A stretch of 63,138 nucleotides of DNA, counting the filler, from Vannella sp. (taxonomy: Eukaryota), in the NCBI GenBank assembly GCA_023345925.1. It is 6 parts of 6 records of this genome, joined end to end, with 100 filler letters (N's around TTAATTAATTAA, not from the genome) between each part and the next. Parts side by side here need not be neighbours in the genome. Positions count along the whole stretch, not along the records: positions 58,211 to 63,138 come from JAJQQN010000330.1; 5 more parts are not named here. The stretch is one strand, 5' to 3'. Below are positions 59,922 through 63,138 of this stretch, piece by piece. The notes beneath the pieces are model-generated. The model was not told the origin of the DNA. It was given only the letters and a program-made list of their open reading frames with translations, and ran no database searches. Position 1 is the stretch's first letter. Every line of letters begins with the position of its first letter. The position numbers were made by a program, and so were the translations under genes.

Positions 59922-61241
59922 CTATTCACTTGGTGGTGAAGGAGGGGGAAAGGGATTGGGCGATAACATGTCGAATGGGGCAAACCCGAGTGTGTTCGTT
60001 AAGTTACTGGTCACCCGCTTCCCGAACTCCTTTACACCCTCAGAGTAGGGAATGCGTTCGAGTAGATCGTCCAGATGCACCCTGCCCAGCTCTTTGACAT
60101 TGTTGAAGCTTAAACCCCCCAAAGGTAGCCAATGGGATGGAGCGGAAGAGTTCGGATAACTCTGAAAGGACCTCTCCAGGCCCTCTTGAGGACTGGGCTG
60201 GTGTTCAGGAAACATCTGCTGTCTAAGAAGTTGCTGTTGCATCTCCTGTTGAGCTCTTGCGTGCTGCAATACCGCATTCGCTGTTGGGGCGCTCTGGTGC
60301 CCGTCACGAAAAGAGCCAGGAGCCAGAGGTGGGAATGGGAAAGGATCTGAACTCGTCAATGGAGTGGGAACAGGACCCACCGCCGCTCCTTGACTGTCAC
60401 TTCGCATCCGCTTGCCGAGATTCCTCTCGCGAGTGCTCTCTTTGGTACACTCACGACATCTAGCTCCACGGTTACGGTTAGTGAAGAGGATGTTGTGCTT
60501 GGTACAGCGGCAGTAATGACTGCAAGGGCGATCGTCATTCTCGTTGGTACAGGCTTCCGGATTCTTCACAAGGACGAACACCCGTTCCGATAGGACGCTC
60601 TTCGCCATGTGGTAGTTGGCTAAGTCTTTGCGGGGGCAATCGAGAGCGCACTTGTCCTTGACAAGCTTCCCTGAGCACACAGGACAGCCACTCCCGGAGC
60701 CCTTTCGCGCCAGATGGCCCTCCGTCTCTATTAATGCATCTAGATGAGAGCAAAGGGGAACAGGGATGTTGGAGTAAGCTTCACAGCAAAGAGGACACCG
60801 AATAACCTTCCCTAGAGCGTCATTGGTGCATTCATTGCACACAACGTAGTCCCCACAGAAGCTCTGTTGTTTGCAGCCCCCCTTCTTGTTGGTAGTTATC
60901 TCCACATCTTCGTTGCAAAGAGGACAGCTCATCCTGGGCCGCGAACGATCATTCTCGAGGACAACCAAGAAGCGGGTGTAGTTGTCCTGGTTAGACAGCT
61001 GCAGAATCTGAAAGGAACCAGGATTGTCCTCATTGATGAGTCTCCGCAGCAGTGTATTCGTCTCCCTCTGCTCGTCCGTGAGCTGGAGGAGCAAAAGGCA
61101 AACTTGGTTGAGCTTCGCGTCGAGCTGGCGGACGGGATTGTCTTCCTCTCGCACGGAGGACAAGAGCGGAGCTTCAAAAGAGGCAAACAGGCCCTCCCCT
61201 TGGGAGAGAAGGGGTTGGGATAGCTCCTGAGGCAGAGCCAT
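59922..61241 (-). CDS. Cys-rich protein with RING-like zinc finger and Q-rich region
   Basis: 'CPLC...CGDYVVCNEC...CPLC' plus further CxxC clusters; 439-aa ORF. Confidence 0.7.
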   Translation of the reverse strand: MALPQELSQPLLSQGEGLFASFEAPLLSSVREEDNPVRQLDAKLNQVCLLLLQLTDEQRETNTLLRRLINEDNPGSFQILQLSNQDNYTRFLVVLENDRSRPRMSCPLCNEDVEITTNKKGGCKQQSFCGDYVVCNECTNDALGKVIRCPLCCEAYSNIPVPLCSHLDALIETEGHLARKGSGSGCPVCSGKLVKDKCALDCPRKDLANYHMAKSVLSERVFVLVKNPEACTNENDDRPCSHYCRCTKHNILFTNRNRGARCRECTKESTRERNLGKRMRSDSQGAAVGPVPTPLTSSDPFPFPPLAPGSFRDGHQSAPTANAVLQHARAQQEMQQQLLRQQMFPEHQPSPQEGLERSFQSYPNSSAPSHWLPLGGLSFNNVKELGRVHLDDLLERIPYSEGVKEFGKRVTSNLTNTLGFAPFDMLSPNPFPPPSPPSE

Positions 61242-61348
61242 GGTTCACAGCCAAACCTGTCAAACGGAGGGAGCGAAGAATGACGTTTTCTTGCTCCATT
61301 GGGCCTCATACGAAGGACTTGACCGTTTATCAAGAAGGAATGAAAGGT

Positions 61349-62665
61349 TTAGAGGTCCTTAGCGTCAATGGCGGCCTCCATGGGGAACAAAACGGCGTCG
61401 CTCATGCCCGTCCAATAGCTCTTGTCCAGCTTGTTGATACGCGCGTAACCATCCTCTCCTCCAGTGACCATGCTAGAAAGGAGTGAGAAGGGAGTGAAAG
61501 GCACGAGGGGAAGGAGGTTCTACCTTGTTCCATCAGGGCTGATCGTGATGGAGTTAACCGGCGCAAAGTGACCAGCGATGGAACCAATCTCAGTCTCGTA
61601 GATGGCGTGGAAGATGCGCGCACGGAACTGGGCTGAATCAGCGATGGAGGTGGTGACAGTGGAGACGTCCTGGCCTCCCACAACGAACACCTAAGTATCG
61701 GTTCCTTTGTTAGTGTCTCTCAAGAGAGGAGAACTCTTTGATCGTACGTGAGGCTCAGTTGGGTGGATGCACGCGTCGTAGAACGGTTTACCAGCCACGA
61801 AACTCTTCAAACACTGTAAAGTCTTGGTATCGAACAGCTGGACCTCTGTTAGTGACTGAGAAGAGTTCCTCGGAGACATACTTTGCAGGTGTTGTCTTTA
61901 GAAGACGTAACAAAGCTGTTCATATCCACGGAAAACTTGAGGCAGGTGATCTCCTTCTCATGCGCTTTGATCTTCTGGATTAGCTCTCCTGTTTGATCGT
62001 TGTAGATTGCAACGCTTCCATCTTCGTGAGATGCATAGATGTTCTTGTTCAATGGCCCCCAGAAGGCGTGGATGATGGGGGCGATGCCTTGGATGCTGAT
62101 CTCGGGTTCCAGGGTCTCTGTTGCCCCATGGTCAGCAGCAGAGAAGGTTAGGGATACTCGTACTAATATTATTGGTATCTTCTACGTGGTAGATGTGAAT
62201 CAAGGGCTTCTTGCCCATCACACCCTTGGTGACGGAAAGGAACTTGGAGTTTCCTAACGCCCAGTTGACCCAGATAGCTGGGGTGCTGTGTTCAAAGACC
62301 GAGAGACGTTTTCCTGTTCGAATCTCCCAAAGAGCTGTGGTACTGTCTCCTGAGGCTGTCAGGAGGAGCTTTGAATGGACTGAGGGAGGTGAGGATCCCG
62401 CGTGCGGTATTGAGGAAGCTCCTACAGTCAATATCCATGCAAAAGATAGCTCCGTTGTGTCCATCGTATGTCCCAATGCGTTCTCCTGTATCTGCGCGCC
62501 ACACTGCACAGTTCATCGTCTTTCCCTTTGACGCGGTGAAGAGGAGATCACCCTCCCGGTTAAACAGGACCTGAGAGACAGGCCTATCATGGCCTTTCAA
62601 GATAATCGGTTTCTGCGCGGCCCTATCAGACACACCCTCCACCAGCGCACCAAACCCACCACCAT
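61349..62665 (-). CDS. EIF3I: Translation initiation factor eIF3 subunit I
   Basis: 'KPIILKGHDRPVSQVLFNREGDLLFT', 'GERIGTYDGHNGA', 'GHFAPVNSI', 'VTGGEDGYAR'; WD40 repeats, multi-exon. Confidence 0.95.
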
Positions 62666-62705
62666 CAGAAGGAGAAACCTGGAAAAAGAACGATCCTTCT
62701 CCGTT

Positions 62706-62872
62706 GTAAAGTGCTTCTAAATTCGACTGGCATCAATGCGAATGATATTTTTTCAAGAGGGCCACTTTTTCATCGTTTGGAGAGATGGTCAAGTGAGCCC
62801 AAAAAGTACCTCAATGAAAACATATAAAAAATTCATTGGTAAGGGTCCCGATCGATTTTACAGGTACTATTC
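62706..62872. mobile_element. Palindromic MITE-like element, copy B
   Basis: gtgcttctaaattcgactggcatcaat...ttcattggtaagggtcccgatcga is colinear with copy A at 29783-29961. Confidence 0.7.
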
Positions 62873-63138
62873 ATCCACTTCAGTCGTGACCTGAGAAAAT
62901 CCACGAGTGAAGGGGAACAGAATGTGATCGAAATGTGTGTAGCTTGAAATGCCCTCGCCGCTCGTGACTTCTCTCGCTCTAATCCCTGTCAAACAATCCT
63001 TCTGAGTCTCGCACTCCTACGGTCTCTATCTCTGATTCTCGCACTCCTTCGATCTATCTCTGAGTCTCGTTCCAACTCTGGAACTGGTAGTGAGTCGAAG
63101 ACTCCCACTGCCAGCCGCTCCGAGTCCCTCTGAGAGTC

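Noticed and set aside
1..63138. Alternative genetic code suggested by fragmented ORFs
   Set aside because: The breaks I traced resolve as short GT-AG introns, and TAA, TAG and TGA all end genes.

Overview
Gene-dense eukaryotic DNA (standard code, roughly 50% GC by eye, short GT-AG introns mostly about 40-60 nt, intergenic gaps often under 100 nt). The gene content (RhoGEF, PTEN-family, MyTH4-FERM myosin) suggests an amoeboid protist; this taxonomy is inference. The window is six contigs joined by artificial 100-nt N44-TTAATTAATTAA-N44 linkers, so adjacency across a linker means nothing. Recognisable genes: SPT6, a CH-DH-PH-PX RhoGEF, a C2 protein, tRNA-Lys(UUU), meiotic helicase MER3/HFM1, YbeY, an MBOAT acyltransferase, a PLAC8-like protein, a bacterial-type AT3-SGNH O-acyltransferase, a multidomain PTEN-family protein, a CSC1/OSCA channel, a divergent MyTH4-FERM myosin, peroxisomal DECR2, an EF-hand protein, an ankyrin protein, THADA, a secreted LRR protein, PDS5, MIS12, a RING-like protein and eIF3i. 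Most notable: (1) a dispersed ~165-180 bp palindromic (MITE-like) element, with all five copies or fragments lying 5' of genes; (2) a myosin whose switch I/II catalytic residues are lost; (3) an LRR gene built of 72-nt one-repeat exons; (4) a candidate bacterial gene transfer; (5) a PTEN with an altered P-loop fused to PH/C2/propeller domains; (6) an intron splitting the SPT6 start codon. Exon boundaries were read by eye and no database searches were run.
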